Assembly (NCBI RefSeq): GCF_009914755.1
Contig: NC_060936.1
DNA from: the human T2T-CHM13v2.0 reference genome, Homo sapiens
Reading direction: 5' to 3' (one strand)
Length of the DNA: 64,000 bases
Shown: positions 47,505-62,978 of the stretch, piece after piece
Layout of the letters: each line of letters opens with the position of its first letter
Numbering within the stretch: the stretch's first letter is position 1
The notes under the pieces: model-generated
Told to the model about the DNA's origin: nothing
Seen by the model: the letters and a program-made list of their open reading frames with translations, nothing else
The model's database searches: none
Made by a program: the position numbers and the translations under genes

Positions 47505-49194
47505 TGTGTTCCTAATTGGTGGGTTCTTGGTCTCGCTGACTTCAAGAATGAAGCCGCGGACCCTCGTGGTAAGTGTTACAGTTCTTAAAGATGGCGTGTC
47601 CGGAGTTTGTTCCTTCTGATGTTCGGACATGTCTGGAGTTTCTTCCTTCTGGTGGGTTCGTGGTCTCGCTGGCTTCAGGAGTGAAGCTGCAGACCTTCAC
47701 GGTGAGTGTTACAGCTCTTAAGGCGGTCCGTCTAGAGTTGTTCGTTCCTCTCGTTTGGAGTTGTTCATTCCTCCCGGTGCGTTCATCGTCTTGCTGGCCT
47801 CCTGCAGACCTTCACGGTGAGTGTTAGAGCTCATAACGGCAGTGCAGACCCAAAGAGTGAGCAGCAACAAGATTTATTGCCAAGAGCAAAAGAACAAAAC
47901 TTCCACAGTGTGGAAAGGGTCCGGACTGAGTTGCCCCTGCTGGCTGGGGCAGCCAGCTTTTATTGCCTTATTTGGCCCCACCCACATCCTGCTGATTGGT
48001 CCATTTTACAGAGAGCTGATTGGTCTGTTTTGACAGGGTGCTGATTGGTGCGTTTACAATCCCTGAGCCAGACAGAGTGCTGATTGGTGTATTTACAATC
48101 CTCTAGCTAGATGTAAAAGTTCTCCAAGTTCCCACTAGATTAGCTAGACACAGATCACTGATTGGTGCATTTACAAACCTTGAGCTAGACACAGGGTGCT
48201 GACTGGTGCGTTTACAATCCCTGAGCTAGACACAGAGTGCTGACTGGTGCATTTACAATACTCTAGCTCGACATATAAGTTCTCCAAGTCCCCACCAGAT
48301 TAGCTAGATACAGAGTGCTGATTGGTGCATCCACAAACCTTGAGCTAGACACAGGGTGCTGATTGGTGTATTTACAAACCTTGAGCCAGACACAAAGTGC
48401 TGATTGGTGCATTTACAATCCTCAAGCTAGACCTAAAAGTTCTCCAAGTCCCCACCAGATTAGCTAGGTACAGAGTGCTGATTGGTGCATCCATGAACCC
48501 CGAGCTAGACACAGAGTGCTGATTGGTGCATATACAATCCTCCAGCTAGACATAAAAGTTCTCCAAGTCCCCATCCGACTCAGGAGCCCAGCTGGCTTCG
48601 CCTAGTGGATCCTGCACCAGGGCCACAGGTGGAGATGCCTGCCAGTCCCGCGCCACACACCTGCACTCCTCAGCCCTTGGGCAGTCAATGGGACGGGGCG
48701 CTGTGGAGCAGGGAGTGGCACCCATTGGGGAGGCTCAGGCCAGGGACTCGGGCATGGCAGGCTGCAGGTCCTGAGCCCTGCCCCACAGGGAGGCAGCTGA
48801 GGCCCAGCAAGAATTTGAGCATGGCACGGGCAGGCTGGCAGTGCTGGGGGAGCCGGTGACCCCTCTGCAGCTGCTGGCCTGGTTGCTAAGCCCCTCATTG
48901 CTCAGGGCCAGCGGTGCTGCCCGCCGCTCCCAGTGCGGGGCCCACTGAGCCTGCACCCACCCAGAACTCACGTTGGCCTGTGAGCGCCACGTGCAGCCCC
49001 GGTTCCTGCCTGGGCCTCTCCCTCCACACCTCCCTGCAAGCAGAGGGAGCCGGCTCCGGCCTCAGCCAGCCCAGAGAGGGGCTTCCACAGTGCAGCGATG
49101 GGCTGAAGGGCTCCTCAAGTGTGGCCAGAGCGGACACCGAGGCTGAGGAGGTGCTGAGAGCAAGGGAGGGCTGCTAGCACGTTGTCACCTCTCA
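47505..49194 (-). mobile_element. Solo LTR12 (ERV9; long GC-rich C/E-type)
   Basis: The minus strand runs TGAGAGGTGACA...ACACA. 4-bp TSD CAAT at 47501-47504 and 49195-49198. Tandem ~41-bp CCAAT-box repeats at 47990-48560. Confidence 0.96.
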
Positions 49195-49345
49195 CAATCA
49201 TAATTCTTCAATGCAAGCATGACACCAAAGGGTGAGGCCTGCTACTGTCAAAATTTTAGTGAGCTAGGAGGACTATTCCATATTTTCCTAGAAATAGGTA
49301 TTTGCTAGTTGACAAACATAAGTTATTTGTATCCATGGTTCCTTA

Positions 49346-49687
<342 letters not shown>

Positions 49688-50200
49688 GTTAGACTTATTT
49701 AAATTAATTCCTAAAAGGAAAGATCTGAGAGCTCCTCAGACAAGTCATCAAATCAGGCTTGTTTATGCTCAAGCAGGAAGGCCAAAGTTCCAGGTAAAGG
49801 CTCTCCTTTCTAGAATCAGCATAACTGCAAGGCAGCAGACCATATAAATAGTTTGATGCTCTGAACAAATGGAATGTTGTCTGGAATGATAATGTGGAAA
49901 GAGTTCATGTTAACACAGCAGGCCATTTAATGTAAAGAAACATGTTTTAAAAGCTACCTAGAGCTTTCTAGGTACAAGTGTTTTGTTCAGGTTTTTATGC
50001 AGACAGAAACAGTTTAAAAACAGGCAAGGATCGAAGGTATCAAAATGTGTTTTAAAACCTATCTGAAGGAGTTGATTACTATCAGCGCTAAAACCCAGTC
50101 TTTAGTCTCCTCCTTAACCAGGATGCAGTTCCTAGAGATAAAATATAATGTTAACACTGATCTAATATAGTAAACAATCGTCAGAACTTTGGAAAGATTT

Positions 50201-50210
50201 CTCTCTCTCT

Positions 50211-50260
<50 letters not shown>
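50201..50260. repeat. Compound (CT)n(AC)n microsatellite
   Basis: Seen directly. Confidence 0.97.
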
Positions 50261-50269
<9 letters not shown>

Positions 50270-50896
50270 CTTTCATGTATCCCTCTCCCCCTCCTCCCAT
50301 ACTATGAAGTAATATTTAACCCCAAAGAAATAACCTTGTTAAGTTTGTTTCCTTCTTTGCTAATCACTGCAGTGGATTTCAGAAAGCACAAGGTGGCAGA
50401 AGCACACTAAAAATCCAACTGGAATAAAGGCTACAGCAATTTGAACATCATAAAAATGGCAGCAACTCTATTTTTAAAAATAAATGAGTACTTTTTCATC
50501 ATAACAAACATGCTCAATAAAATTTTGAAAATATGACAGGTAGAAAAAGGAAAGGGGATTGTATTACTGAGACATATGGACAAATGTTTAATTCTTCCTA
50601 CTACAATTATTAGTTGTGATTTTATCAGATATGCAACTTTATATCCTCCCTTTTAAACTCTAACAATGGGAGCACTTTCAAATCTGCTTTAGTCAAACAT
50701 CTCTGTTTCAAAAAATATTTAAGGCATCTGCATGTGTCCATGTTTTTATAAACATTTTCAAAAGATCACTGATTAGAACATGGCTAATTTTATCTAGCCA
50801 TTTTCCCATTAGCAATGATTGTTTTAAGTTAAACATTATCAATGACACCTGAGCCAGTAAATTTACATTTTAAGATCTCATTTCAAAAATCAAACA

Positions 50897-51199
<303 letters not shown>

Positions 51200-53446
51200 A
51201 GCCATCTGAGAAAATCAGACATGAACAAATGAAATAACATTTTATTCCAAAACAGAATCAAATGATGCTATCCTGTTTACTTTTTGCACTGGCCTGTGGG
51301 TACTTGGACCTTTCTTATTTTACAAACCTATATCTACAGTGTGTGTTTAGAAAATCATTTTATATGTCGAAAATATAACAAAATAATTTTAAAAATACTT
51401 AAGTATTGTGGTAGCAGTCAAAAGTTATTTATACTTTTAAAAGATTGCTACCAACTAGATTTGCCCCTGGAAAAATAACCAAAGCCATAATTCATTTGCT
51501 ACTTTGGAATCAACCTGAATGCCAAAAACAACTGTATAAAATCATTTGGTCTAGTCATCTGCTTTAGACAGGTGAAAAGCCATTATTATTCCCCTCTATT
51601 ATGGGCTCAGGAAAATAAAGCCAACATCAATGGAAGATGGTGCTCAGAACCCTGTCAAGTATGGGGAAAATTCTGTATCTCCGGATGTCTTTTGACCTTA
51701 ATTCAGACCTTTAATCCACAGGTCAAAATATGTAAAATTAGAAATAATGTAATGACTTTTCCCCCTTTTAACTGAAACTCAGTTTTCTCTATTAAATGAG
51801 CAAAACAATGACTTCCATGAGAGAGGAAATTCAATTGTCAGGAACAAATGTTATTACATTCCAGCACCTTCTGAATGTTTAGTCTTGAGTCTTTCTTTTG
51901 TAAGCACTAACTAAGCAATCACAGGGAATTCTCTTCAAGAAGGATTCTCATTCATGATTTTCTCCAGGCCCCAGTGAGAACTCTAAATTAAAGGGCTCTC
52001 ACTCTTTATGGCTTCACTTGCTTCTTCCTTCCCCAGTAGCTTTGAAGAAATTTCCCTTTTTATTCAAATGTGCTCACCCAGGTCAGAGAGGAGATTTCCT
52101 GAACTCTGAACACCAAGGTTAAATCTTCCATGGTCTAACACCTTGCAAGCTGCAAATAACTGAAGAGGGGAAAAAAGATCACCTTAAAGAAATTATTAGT
52201 ATAGAACCTTTCTGCACTTTCTCAACATTTCTTCTACTTAGGCCTGCATGAGAAATTCAAGACCAAGTCTGGATAATTCAACTATAAACTCAGCATCAGA
52301 ATGTTTTTTGCCTGCCTATTTGCTAAGGTTTCCAAAAACTGGGCTTATCCATTTCCAGAGCCCTGGAAAAAATTTGAAAACATGAACTATATTAATAATA
52401 ATGTGCCTTCTCTATAGAGCATCCACATTTTAAAAGCCTAGAGATCCTGGCTTAGGAAAGCTAGAAAAGTAAATACCAACTATGATGACTGGAGAAACTA
52501 ATTTAAATTCCTCTGCTGAATCTTGTCCCCAGGCTTCCAATAAAAATAAGTTAGGTTTTGGCCCTGAACTATTCCTTACAAAAATTGCTTATCATTATAC
52601 AAGAATAGTTTCCCTATTTTCTGTTTATTTGTTTTTCCTCTAGTTCTATTCTTTCCCACATAGATTAAACCAAAATAAGATTAGCCAAACCTAATTTGAT
52701 TCTAATCCAAGCCACACACCCTATGTATTCCATTACAAATCAAGTTTAATTTACTGACTTCCTTGGGTCCCAACTGAATGACCTACTGGAAGCTACGAAA
52801 GGGGTCACAGAGTAAGACTGCAGGCCAAAAAAAGAATGTGAAAAACACATGCAAGCCTGGAAACAAATTCACCCAAAGACATAACTTGCTTAAGATGTTT
52901 CTTGTGGAATTTGAATGCTAAAAGATCAAGTCTCCTAACAGGAAAAGCAGCCAACAGAGAAGCAGATGCATTCACATTCACTCATCATTCGTTCGCTCAT
53001 TCATTCATTCAACAATTATACATAGACCTCTCATAGTCATGAGTTTTAACAACAGCAGAAACTTCAGGAGAGTATTTGCTTTCTGGTGCTCAGTTCTGCA
53101 CTGAAGCCAGTCTCCCATTACCACAGGATTTTTTCTGTATGTTGTAAAATCTGTGAACATAAACTTTAGTTTTTATCTGCTTTTATTTTTTGGTAATTTG
53201 GAAGCTGAATTTAAAACATCCCCTTTAATTTTGGCAACGAGTAGCTTTTAGATTCTTTTAATCCAAGGGATTTTAGACCTTCTGAAGTCAAGGTTTACTT
53301 CTAAAGAATAAAGAATTTTGTTTGCTAACAATGTGAAAGAGCTAATATAATAGCTACATATGGTCTTATACCAGTGATAAGTCACTAATGTTGTTACAGC
53401 TTATGTGACAAACGTTCACAATGTTTTTGGTCCTCAAAATCACCCT

Positions 53447-53942
53447 GACAGCAGTAGTACTCCAGAGAGGTGTGAGGAGACGAGTGAAAAACCCAAAAAG
53501 AAGAAAAAGCAAAAGCCCCAGGAGGTTCCTCAGGAGAAAACAGAAGACCCATCTATCTCTTTCTCCAAACCCAAGAAAAAGAAATCTTTTTCCAAGGAGG
53601 AGTTGATGAGTAGTGATCTTGAAGAGACTGCTGGCAGCACCAGTCTTCTCAAGAGGAAGAAGTCTTCACCCAAGACGGAAACAGTTAATGACCCCGAAGA
53701 GGCAGGCAACAGAAGTGTCTCCAAGAAAAAGACGAAATTCTCCAAAGAGGAGCCTGTCAGCAGTGGACCTGAAGAGGCTGCTGGCAGCAAGAGCAGCTCC
53801 AAGAAGAAAATGTTCCATAAAGAAGCCCAGGAAGATTAGAATGCAAATGGACATTCTCTGGGAGGCGGGGCATACCATAGCCCAAGACGACATTTCCTAC
53901 CATGTCCAGTTCCCCAATAAAAACAAATTCACACACACACAC
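53447..53942 (+). pseudogene. NOP56: 5'-truncated processed pseudogene of NOP56 (C-terminal K/E/S-rich tail and 3'UTR)
   Basis: The translation SSSTPERCEETSEKPKKKKKQKPQEVPQE...DPSISFSKPKKKKSFSKEELMSSDLEETAGSTS...KEEPVSSGPEEA...FHKEAQED* matches the recalled NOP56 C-terminus. AATAAA at 53916-53921. 10-bp TSD 'aaatcaccct' at 53437-53446 and 53943-53952. Confidence 0.93.
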
Positions 53943-54127
53943 AAATCACCCTCATGAAATAAGAGAGGAATTATTATGACCACTTTGAAGATCAGGAAGT
54001 GGAGGCTCAGGAAAGGGAAATGATATGTCCAAAGTCCCTTTTTCTAAGTGGTGAATTCAAATCTTAAAGACTATCTGATCACTGTTCTTTTCTACTTTTC
54101 CTCAATTAATATTTAGTTTAAAATTTA

Positions 54128-54416
<289 letters not shown>

Positions 54417-55347
54417 TTATGATTCAAGAGATTCCTGCATAGTCCTCAATCTTTGGTTTTGCTTTAAGAACAGATCATCTGCCCCATTTGGCTTAAAAAC
54501 AAAAATTAAACACATAATACAAACATGAGACTATAAATACATTAGACTTCAATAAATAGAACAAAAATGTTCACTGTTTAGTTACAGCATGTCATTTGAT
54601 GAGCAGAAAATTAGAAAAATGATTTTAGTCCCCATTTCAGCATTACTTAACTAGAAAACCTTGGGTAAATCTCTCAAATTCTGTGTCTCAGTTTGTATAC
54701 ACTATTAAATGGGTATAAAAAATTGTCCTTCAAATGTTATAACCAGTACAAAATCATTAAATCTAAAATTGGTATATATTTCCTAGTACTACTGGTATAA
54801 GAATTCTGAAAAAAGAGAGGAAAAGTTCATTTCAGTTTTGTCTCACGCAATAGTTAACATACAAGGTACTTTTTTTAAAGCTTGTTTAGTATCTAGAATA
54901 TTGTGTACACATTCATTAAATTCCTTAAATTCTTTTTACTGATATCCCTTTGGACCCTGAATCCAATATTATGTAGCCATTTTCCCTATTACACAAATAG
55001 ACTGGTTTGCACAGGTTACACAGTATGTTAATGGCAGAATCAAAGGTCAAAATATCTGATCGATATCCTAACCATGCCAGGATCATCCACTGCTAACAAG
55101 ACAGAACTGTGACAGTCTCTTTAACGTCAGCAGAATTCTCTAAGCTGAGCCTTATTTTAGCTATCAGTTTCCTTCAGTTCCCATGCTGAATTTTATCAGA
55201 TCTGCTTCTTTCTCTTCCTCTATTCATGCCTAATAAGCAAAGAAATAAAAAAGAAAAGCCGTAAAAAGCAGAGCACAGCATCTGGATAATCCACAAACCA
55301 GAAAAACCTGACTGACAAGAGTTAACTAAATGGATTTTTTAGTGGAT

Positions 55348-55661
55348 TTGTTTGTTTTTTTGAGACAGGGTCTCACTCTGTTGCCTAAGCTGAGGGTAGG
55401 CGCACAATCACGGATCACTGCAGCCTCAAATTCCTGGGCTCAGGCAATCCTCCCACCTCAGCTGATCCTCCTGCCTCAGCCTCTTGAGTAGCTGGGTCTA
55501 CAGGCATGCACCACCACACCGGTCTGATGTTTTGTTTTGCTTTGTAGAGACAGTTCTTGCTATTTTGCCAAGGCTGGTCTCAAACTCCTGGCCTCAAGTG
55601 ATCCTCCTGCCTGGCCCTCCCAAAGTGCTGGGATTACAGTAGTGAGCTACTGTGCCTGGCT
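55348..55661 (-). mobile_element. AluJ with short internal duplication
   Basis: 'tcctcccacctcagctgatcctcctgcctcagcc'. TSD 'tggattt'. Confidence 0.88.
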
Positions 55662-56035
55662 GGATTTCTTGTCTACAGTTTAGAAACTCAATCTTCTTCA
55701 ATCACATAATGAGTCTCAGGATATAACAGCAAGACACAACGTGAATTTGTGATTAAATTTTATTTTCATGAAATTTTTTGCATAGCCAGAATCACAAAAC
55801 AAAAATGAGGAAATGCTAAAGTTGATTTACAAAAAGTGAAAGAAAAAACACACCCGTGGGAACCCCATCACCAAAACCGTAAAAAAAAAAAAAAAAAAAA
55901 ATTGCAAAAATCTTTCAGAAAAGGCAGTCTAGTCACCCAAAGAAATTCATAAGTTGACTGGCTGGAGAAGATTTCTTGAAAATATATAATAGAAGTTACA
56001 AATTAAGAAGTAACATATGGAGTAGGTAGTCAAAG

Positions 56036-57670
56036 TGAGAGGCGACAGTGTGCTGGCAGCCCTTGCTCACTCTTGGTGCCTCCTTGGCCTCGGTGCCCAC
56101 TCCGGCCGCGCTTGAGGAGCCCTTTAGCCTGCCGCTGTAATGTAGGAGCCCCTCTCTGGGCTGGCCAAGGCTGGAGCCGGCTCCCTCTGCTTGCGGGGAG
56201 CTGTGGAGGGAGCAGCGTGGGCGGGAACTCAGGCTGCGTGTGGCGTACGCGGGCCAGCGTGAGTTCTGGGTGGGTGCAGGCTTGGCAGCCCCGCACCTGG
56301 AGCAGCCGGCCAGTGCCACCGGTCCCAGGCAGTGAGGGGCTTAGCACCCGGGCCAGCAGCTGTGGAGAGTGTGCCAGGTCCCCCAGCACTGCTGGCCCGC
56401 CCAAGCTGTGCTCAAATTCTCGCCGGGCCTCAGCCGCCTCCCTGCGGGGCAGGGCTCAGGACCTGCAGCCCGTCATGCCCAAAGAATGCCCCCTGCTTTC
56501 CCCACCGTGGGCTCCTGCATGGCCCGAGCCTCCCCGATGGGTGCCGCCCCCTGCTCCGCAGCGCCTGGTCCCATCGACCACCCAAGGGCTGAGAATTGCA
56601 GGCACACGGCATGGGACTGGCAGGCAGCTCCACCCGTGGCCCTGGTGCGGGATCCACTAGGCGAAGCCAGCTGGGCTCGTGAATCAGGTGGGGACTTGGA
56701 GAACTTTTATGTCTAGCTGGAGGATTGAAAATGCACAAATCAGCACTCTGTGTCTAGCTCAGGGTTTGTAAATGCACCAATCAGCACTCTGTGTCTAGTT
56801 TAAGGTTTGTAAATGCACCAATCAGCACCCTGTGTCTAGCTCAAGGTTTGTAAACGCACCAATCAATGCTCTGTGTCTAGCTAATCTAGTGGGGACTTGG
56901 AGAACTTTTATGTCTAGCTAGAAGATTGTATATGCACCAATCAGCACTCTGTGTCTAGCTCAGGGATTGTAAGTGCACCAATCAGCACCCCGTGTCTGGC
57001 TCAAGGTTTGTAAATGCACCAATCAGTGCTCCGTGTCTAGCTAATCTAGTGGGGACATGGAGAACTTTTGTGTCTAGCTCAGGGATTCTAAATGCACCAA
57101 TCAGCACCCTGTCAAAACGGACCAATCAGCTCTCTATAAAATTGGCCAATCAGCTTTCTGTAAAATGGACCAATCGGCAAGATGTGGGTGGGGCCAAATA
57201 AGGGAATAAAAACAGGCTGCCCGAGCCAGCAGCAGCAACCCACTCAGGTCCCCTTCCATACTATGGAATCTTTGTTCTTTCGCTCTTTGCAATAAATCTT
57301 GCTGCTGTTCATTCTTTGGGTCCACACTGCCTTTATGAGCTGTAACACTCACTGCGAAGGTCTACAGCTTCACTCCTGAGGTCAGTGAGACCACGAACCC
57401 ACCGGGAGGAATGAACAACTCTGGACGGGAGGAATGAACAATTCCAGATGTGCTGCCTTAAGAGCTGTAACACTCACCGCAAAAGTCTGCAGCTTCACTC
57501 ATGAAGCCAGCGAGACCATGAACCCACCAGAAGGAAGAAATTCCAAACATGTCTGAACATCAGAAGGAACAAACTCCAGACACACCATCTTTAAGAACTG
57601 TAACACCACGAGGTTCTGCGGCTTCATTCTTGAAGTCAGCGAGACCAAGAACCCACCAATTCTGGACACA
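56036..57670 (+). mobile_element. Solo LTR12 (ERV9; long GC-rich type)
   Basis: TGAGAGGCGACAG...GGACACA. 4-bp TSD AAAG at 56032-56035 and 57671-57674. About 10 CCAAT boxes at 56770-57175 and 'gaataaaa' TATA-like box at ~57204. Confidence 0.96.
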
Positions 57671-58556
57671 AAAGCGTATGTGGAAATAATAGCAATAGTT
57701 CTGCATTTACCATGTGATTTATATTGGGCTATGCATTTTTAAAATCTATTATTTTACTTAATCCTTACCAATCCTAGATTGTTAAGAAGTCCTGCTAGTC
57801 CTTAAGGGAAATAATCTCTTCTTACTCTGTGCTTGTTCACATTATTTCTATACTCTGACTAAATGTAAACTTACCGAAGACAGAAACAATCTGATTCATG
57901 TTAGTCCTGCCTTGGGCATCTATAGTTGCCTGCCCAATAAATAGTAGAGTTTAAATGAGTAATTTTCAAACTTTGGGTGCATGAGAACCTTGAGTAGATC
58001 CTATTAAGAGGACAAAGATCTATTAAGAGAACAAAGATCTATAACCCACACCCCAAAAAACGACTCAGTAGATCTGAGTTTGATCTAGTGCTTATGTGAA
58101 ATATTCAACAAAAGTTTACTAAATATGCAATAGGTATTATAAACTCCACCTTACAGACAAGGAAATAGAGCCGTCAGTATGTAAAGTAACTTGCTAAAAG
58201 TCATAAAACTTAGATGAGTCAGCATAAGTACAATAGACAAGGTCTCTCACTCATTCATTCCTGTATTCACTTATTCAACAGGTATCTGAATACCTCCTAC
58301 AGCCTTTCTCAAGGGAAATGCATTCAGATAACAAAAATCAATTATTTCTGTACCATTAGCTGACAGTCCTGAAAAGCTTCCCTCTACCAATGTAGTACTG
58401 GAATATACATCAAAAGGGATGCAAATCAAGAAGAAAAAAGGGATGTTCTAGTTTTATTTCTAGAGATAGCAGCAACTATTTTAGAAATAGCTGTTTCCTT
58501 TGGACACTGAATTTTTTTTCAATGGGGAATAATATTTTAAAAGGCGTTTTTTCTAG

Positions 58557-58853
<297 letters not shown>

Positions 58854-59051
58854 TGTGCCTTTTAAATGTCTTTTTCTGTTTAATGTCTTGGTCATCTTTT
58901 CACTGTCCAGAAAATTCATCTACCTCTTTAAATCTGTATTATCTTTGGTAATCCCTATCAATCTGTATTAAAAGTCCCCAATATTTTTATTAATAGTTAA
59001 AAAGACTCTGTTTCCTGCTTCTTCTGTTTAATCTCACTCATGGAAAAATAG

Positions 59052-59367
<316 letters not shown>

Positions 59368-59454
59368 CTGAACTTAGAGATTAAACTTTATTTCTTATAT
59401 TCCACAAATTTCACATAATCACAAGTAAACATCTCATGTTTATGCTGAGCAGAG

Positions 59455-60812
59455 TGAGAGGTGACAGCGTGCTGGCAGCCCTCGCAGCCCTCACTCGCTC
59501 TCAGTGCCTCCCCGGCCTCTGCACCCATTCTGGCCACGCCTGAGGAGCACATCAGCCTGCCGCTGCACTGCGGGAGCCCTTCTCTGGGCTGGCCGAGGCC
59601 AGAGCTGGCTCCCTCAGCTTGCGGGGAGGTGTGGAGGGAAAGGCACAGGTGGGAACCAGGGCTGCAGGCAGTGCTTGCGGGTCAGCTAGAGTTCTGGGTG
59701 GGTGTTGGCTCGGCGGGCCCTGCACTCGGAGCGGCCCCAGGCAGTGAGGGGCTTAGCACCCGGGCCAGCAGCTGCGGAGGGTGCGCTGGGTCCCCCAGCA
59801 GTGCCAGCCCACCGGCCCTGCACTCGATTTCTTGCCAGGCCTTAGCTGCCTCCCCGTGGGGCAGGGGACCTGCATCCTGCCATACCTGAGCCTCCCCCAC
59901 CCCCGCCCCGCCGTGGGCTCCTGCATGGCCTGAGCCTCCCCGACGAGTGCTGCCCCCTGCTCCATGGCACCTGGTCCCATCGACCGCCCAAGGGCTGAGG
60001 AGTGTGGGCACACGGCGTGGGACTGGCAGGCAGCTCCACCTGTGGCCCCGGTGTGGGATCCACTGGGTGAAGCCAGCTGGGCTCCTGAGTCTAGTGGGGA
60101 CTTAGAGAAACTTTATGTCTAGCTAAGGGATTGTAAATACACCAATCAGCACTCTGTATCTAGCTCAGGGTTTGTAAATACACCAATTGACACTCTGTAT
60201 CTAGCTAATCTAGTGGGGACGTGGAAAACTTTTGTGTCTGTCTCAGGGATTGTAAACACACTAATCAGCACCCTGTCAAAACGGACCAATCAGCTCTCTG
60301 TAAAACAGACCAATGGGCTCCCTGTAAAATGGACCAATCAGCAGGACGTGGGTGGGGCCAGATAAGAGAATAAAAGCAGGCCGCCTGAGCCAGCAGTGGC
60401 AAGCCACTGGGGTCCCCTTTCACACTGTGGAAGCTTTGTTCTTTTGCTCTTTACAATAAATCTTGCTACTGCTCTTTGGGTCCACACTGCCTTTATGAGC
60501 TGTAACACTCACCATGAAGGTCTGCAGCTTCACTCCTGAAGCCATCGAGACCACAAAACCACCGGGAGGAACGAACAACTCCAGACGCGCCGCCTTAAGA
60601 GCTGTTTAACACTCACCACGAAGGTCTGCAGCTTCACTCCTGAGCCAGTGAGACCACGAACCCACCAGAAGGAAGAAATTCCGAACACATCCGAACATCA
60701 AAAGGAACAAACTCTGGACACGCTGCCTTTAAGAACTGTAACACTCGCCGTGAGGGTCCACGGCTTCATTCTTGAAGTCAGTGAGACCAAGAACCCACCA
60801 ATTCCAGACACA
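59455..60812 (+). mobile_element. Solo LTR12 (ERV9; LTR12C-like)
   Basis: TGAGAGGTGACAGCGTGCTGG...CAGACACA. 4-bp TSD AGAG at 59451-59454 and 60813-60816. About 5 CCAAT boxes and 'gaataaaa' at ~60368. Confidence 0.96.
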
Positions 60813-61859
60813 AGAGTACTGACCTACTTACTAGAGTGTATTCATCAGATATGTAGAGTCTAATAATGGTAAGTATAAGATCCAACATAAGGAAAAAATA
60901 CAACATGAAGAAATTGTCCTGTGTGTATAATTTCAAATTAATACATATAATTGGACAAATAAAATATCCACTTCCCAATTAAAGTCTTTTTCTAGGTCAT
61001 AAAATAAACCTTACTTTCAAACTTGTGCAATTCAGCAGAAAAAAATGTTTTGTTCTAGACCCTTTCAAGTGCCCCGTGACCTTCTCCCGCAATGATTAAA
61101 AAAAAAAAAAACCCTATTGCCAACATCTATACTTGCTGCCTTAAAGCATGCGTATGCAAATCAATAAAAAATGCTTCTTGTTGTACAGGAACAGGAGCAG
61201 GTCAGTAGACAAGGAACTTCCTGCTTTGGTATGCTTCCTGTTTTCTGCTATCAGGACATACCTGTAAGTAGTAATCAGGATCACTGAAAAAACAAATTGA
61301 GAAGTAGAGAAAAAAAATGACTTGTTGCCAACCCACGTGAATTCAAGCTAATTCATCCTGTTTATTTAGTTCCTGTTTCAGCTTGGTTAATGACACTTCC
61401 CTGGAATGTATTTGTTTAGGAGTCCAAGCAGAGACATTTCTTACTAGGAAAACAGGCCCAGGGTGAACCCAGAGATTTAGAGGAAAAGAAACCTAACGGG
61501 GAAATATTTTAAGCTTCTCAAGTAAACTAACTCAAGAAACTTTCTTTCTAAAAGATGTTTTCCTTTACCCAAGATTTTGTTCAATATTTCTTCAGTAGCT
61601 ACAATTTACCAGGGACTGTAGAGATTACATCTGTGTCAATACATACTGCATTCTTTTTTAGAACAGAGTTCTGATTTACTTCAATTGGGTTTCTAAGAGA
61701 CATAGAGTCTTCCTAGAAAAGCAGAAATTTATGACCAGAAGGCAGTTTTGTTAATAGTCCAGAAGCTTCCTTATAACCTTTTTTTAAAAAAAGATTTTCA
61801 GGAAAGACAACCATTACAATCTTCTCAACTTCGCTACTGATATAAACCATATTATCCAT

Positions 61860-62055
61860 GAAAATGCATTGTTTCACACAATTTACATGCATTATCTCAT
61901 TTGTTCTTCACGATGACCCAACCAAGTTAGGCACTATTTTGTCCTTGCTGTAGAAGAGGAAACTGTAAAGCAACTTGCCCTACCTGACAGAGCTAGTAGT
62001 GGTAGAGCCAGGATTTGAATTCAAGTAGGTCTAACTTGGAAGCTAGTGCTCAAGT
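61860..62055 (-). mobile_element. MIR
   Basis: 'tttacatgcattatctcattt...agaggaaactg...agagccaggatttgaattcaag'. Confidence 0.75.
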
Positions 62056-62978
62056 GTGTCTGATTTGGAAGCTACCACTTCATTAGGTGGTGCTTGTACA
62101 AACAGCCTTAAATACAGCACTCAGGTGTAATAACCATGGTTCAGTCAGATGTTGAATGCATTTTTCTAAATATTTCTCTGATTGAAACCAATCTCTCCAT
62201 CTCAATTCCTTCAAAGCTTGCCTTAAATACTAGATCCTAAAGAAGTCCCTCCTAGTCCTTTAAGGAACGAATTAATCTCTCTCCTTTGCTTGTGCACATT
62301 CTGTTCTCTATATGTAAGCTTTTTTGAGAATGGAACCAGGCTGATTTCCTATGCACTCCTGGTGCTTCTCATACAGAAGTAAAAGGACCATATCATACTT
62401 AAAGAAACAGGCCTCCAACAGCTGTTTGTAATGCTGAATTCAAATCATGTTCTAAAGAGGCAAGAATAAATAAGCATTAATTTCTACTCTGCTCAAAAAA
62501 TAGTTTTTATAACTTCCTATACCATATGGCTTGATAGTATTTTGTAATCCCTAGTCTTTCTTCTAAACAGACCTGTGCTGCAGACTAATTTTATTAGTGG
62601 TTAGATACCTCAGTTTTCAGGTACTGGTAAATATCTGATTTAATTTATATCATCATGAGATCTCAAATAAATAAAATATCTCCCTCAGCCTTATTTCCCC
62701 ATCTTCAAATAGATTGATCAACTTCTAAACAGTCAGGAAGACGTTATAAACTCATGTGAGGCCAAATAACAGAAACTTCTCAAGTATCCTAAGGAGGGAA
62801 TTTAAGTTGTTTTAAGAGTTTTTAAAAATCAATGTATAAAAGGCTAAATAAATACTATTCTAAGTTAATAAATGAGCCAGGTACAGTAAATCCCCCAAAC
62901 TGGATCTAATTCCCCAACATGTTCTCCTCAAATGAAATAAATCTTTACATAAGAATCACAACAAAATAATAAAATGTC

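Noticed and set aside
47990-48575. Repeat array with ~41-bp period (also 56690-57110 and 60090-60275)
   Set aside because: It is the normal ERV9/LTR12 U3 CCAAT-box tandem repeat, not a novel array.
48600-49180. GC-rich CpG-island-like stretches with multiple overlapping ORFs (also 56040-56700 and 59460-60070)
   Set aside because: These are the GC-rich 5' U3 of LTR12. The ORFs arise from stop-codon scarcity.
53405-53839. NOP56 as a functional gene copy
   Set aside because: Only the last ~130 codons are present, flanked by TSDs. The ORF-track start is a GTG in flanking DNA, and the NOP domain is missing.
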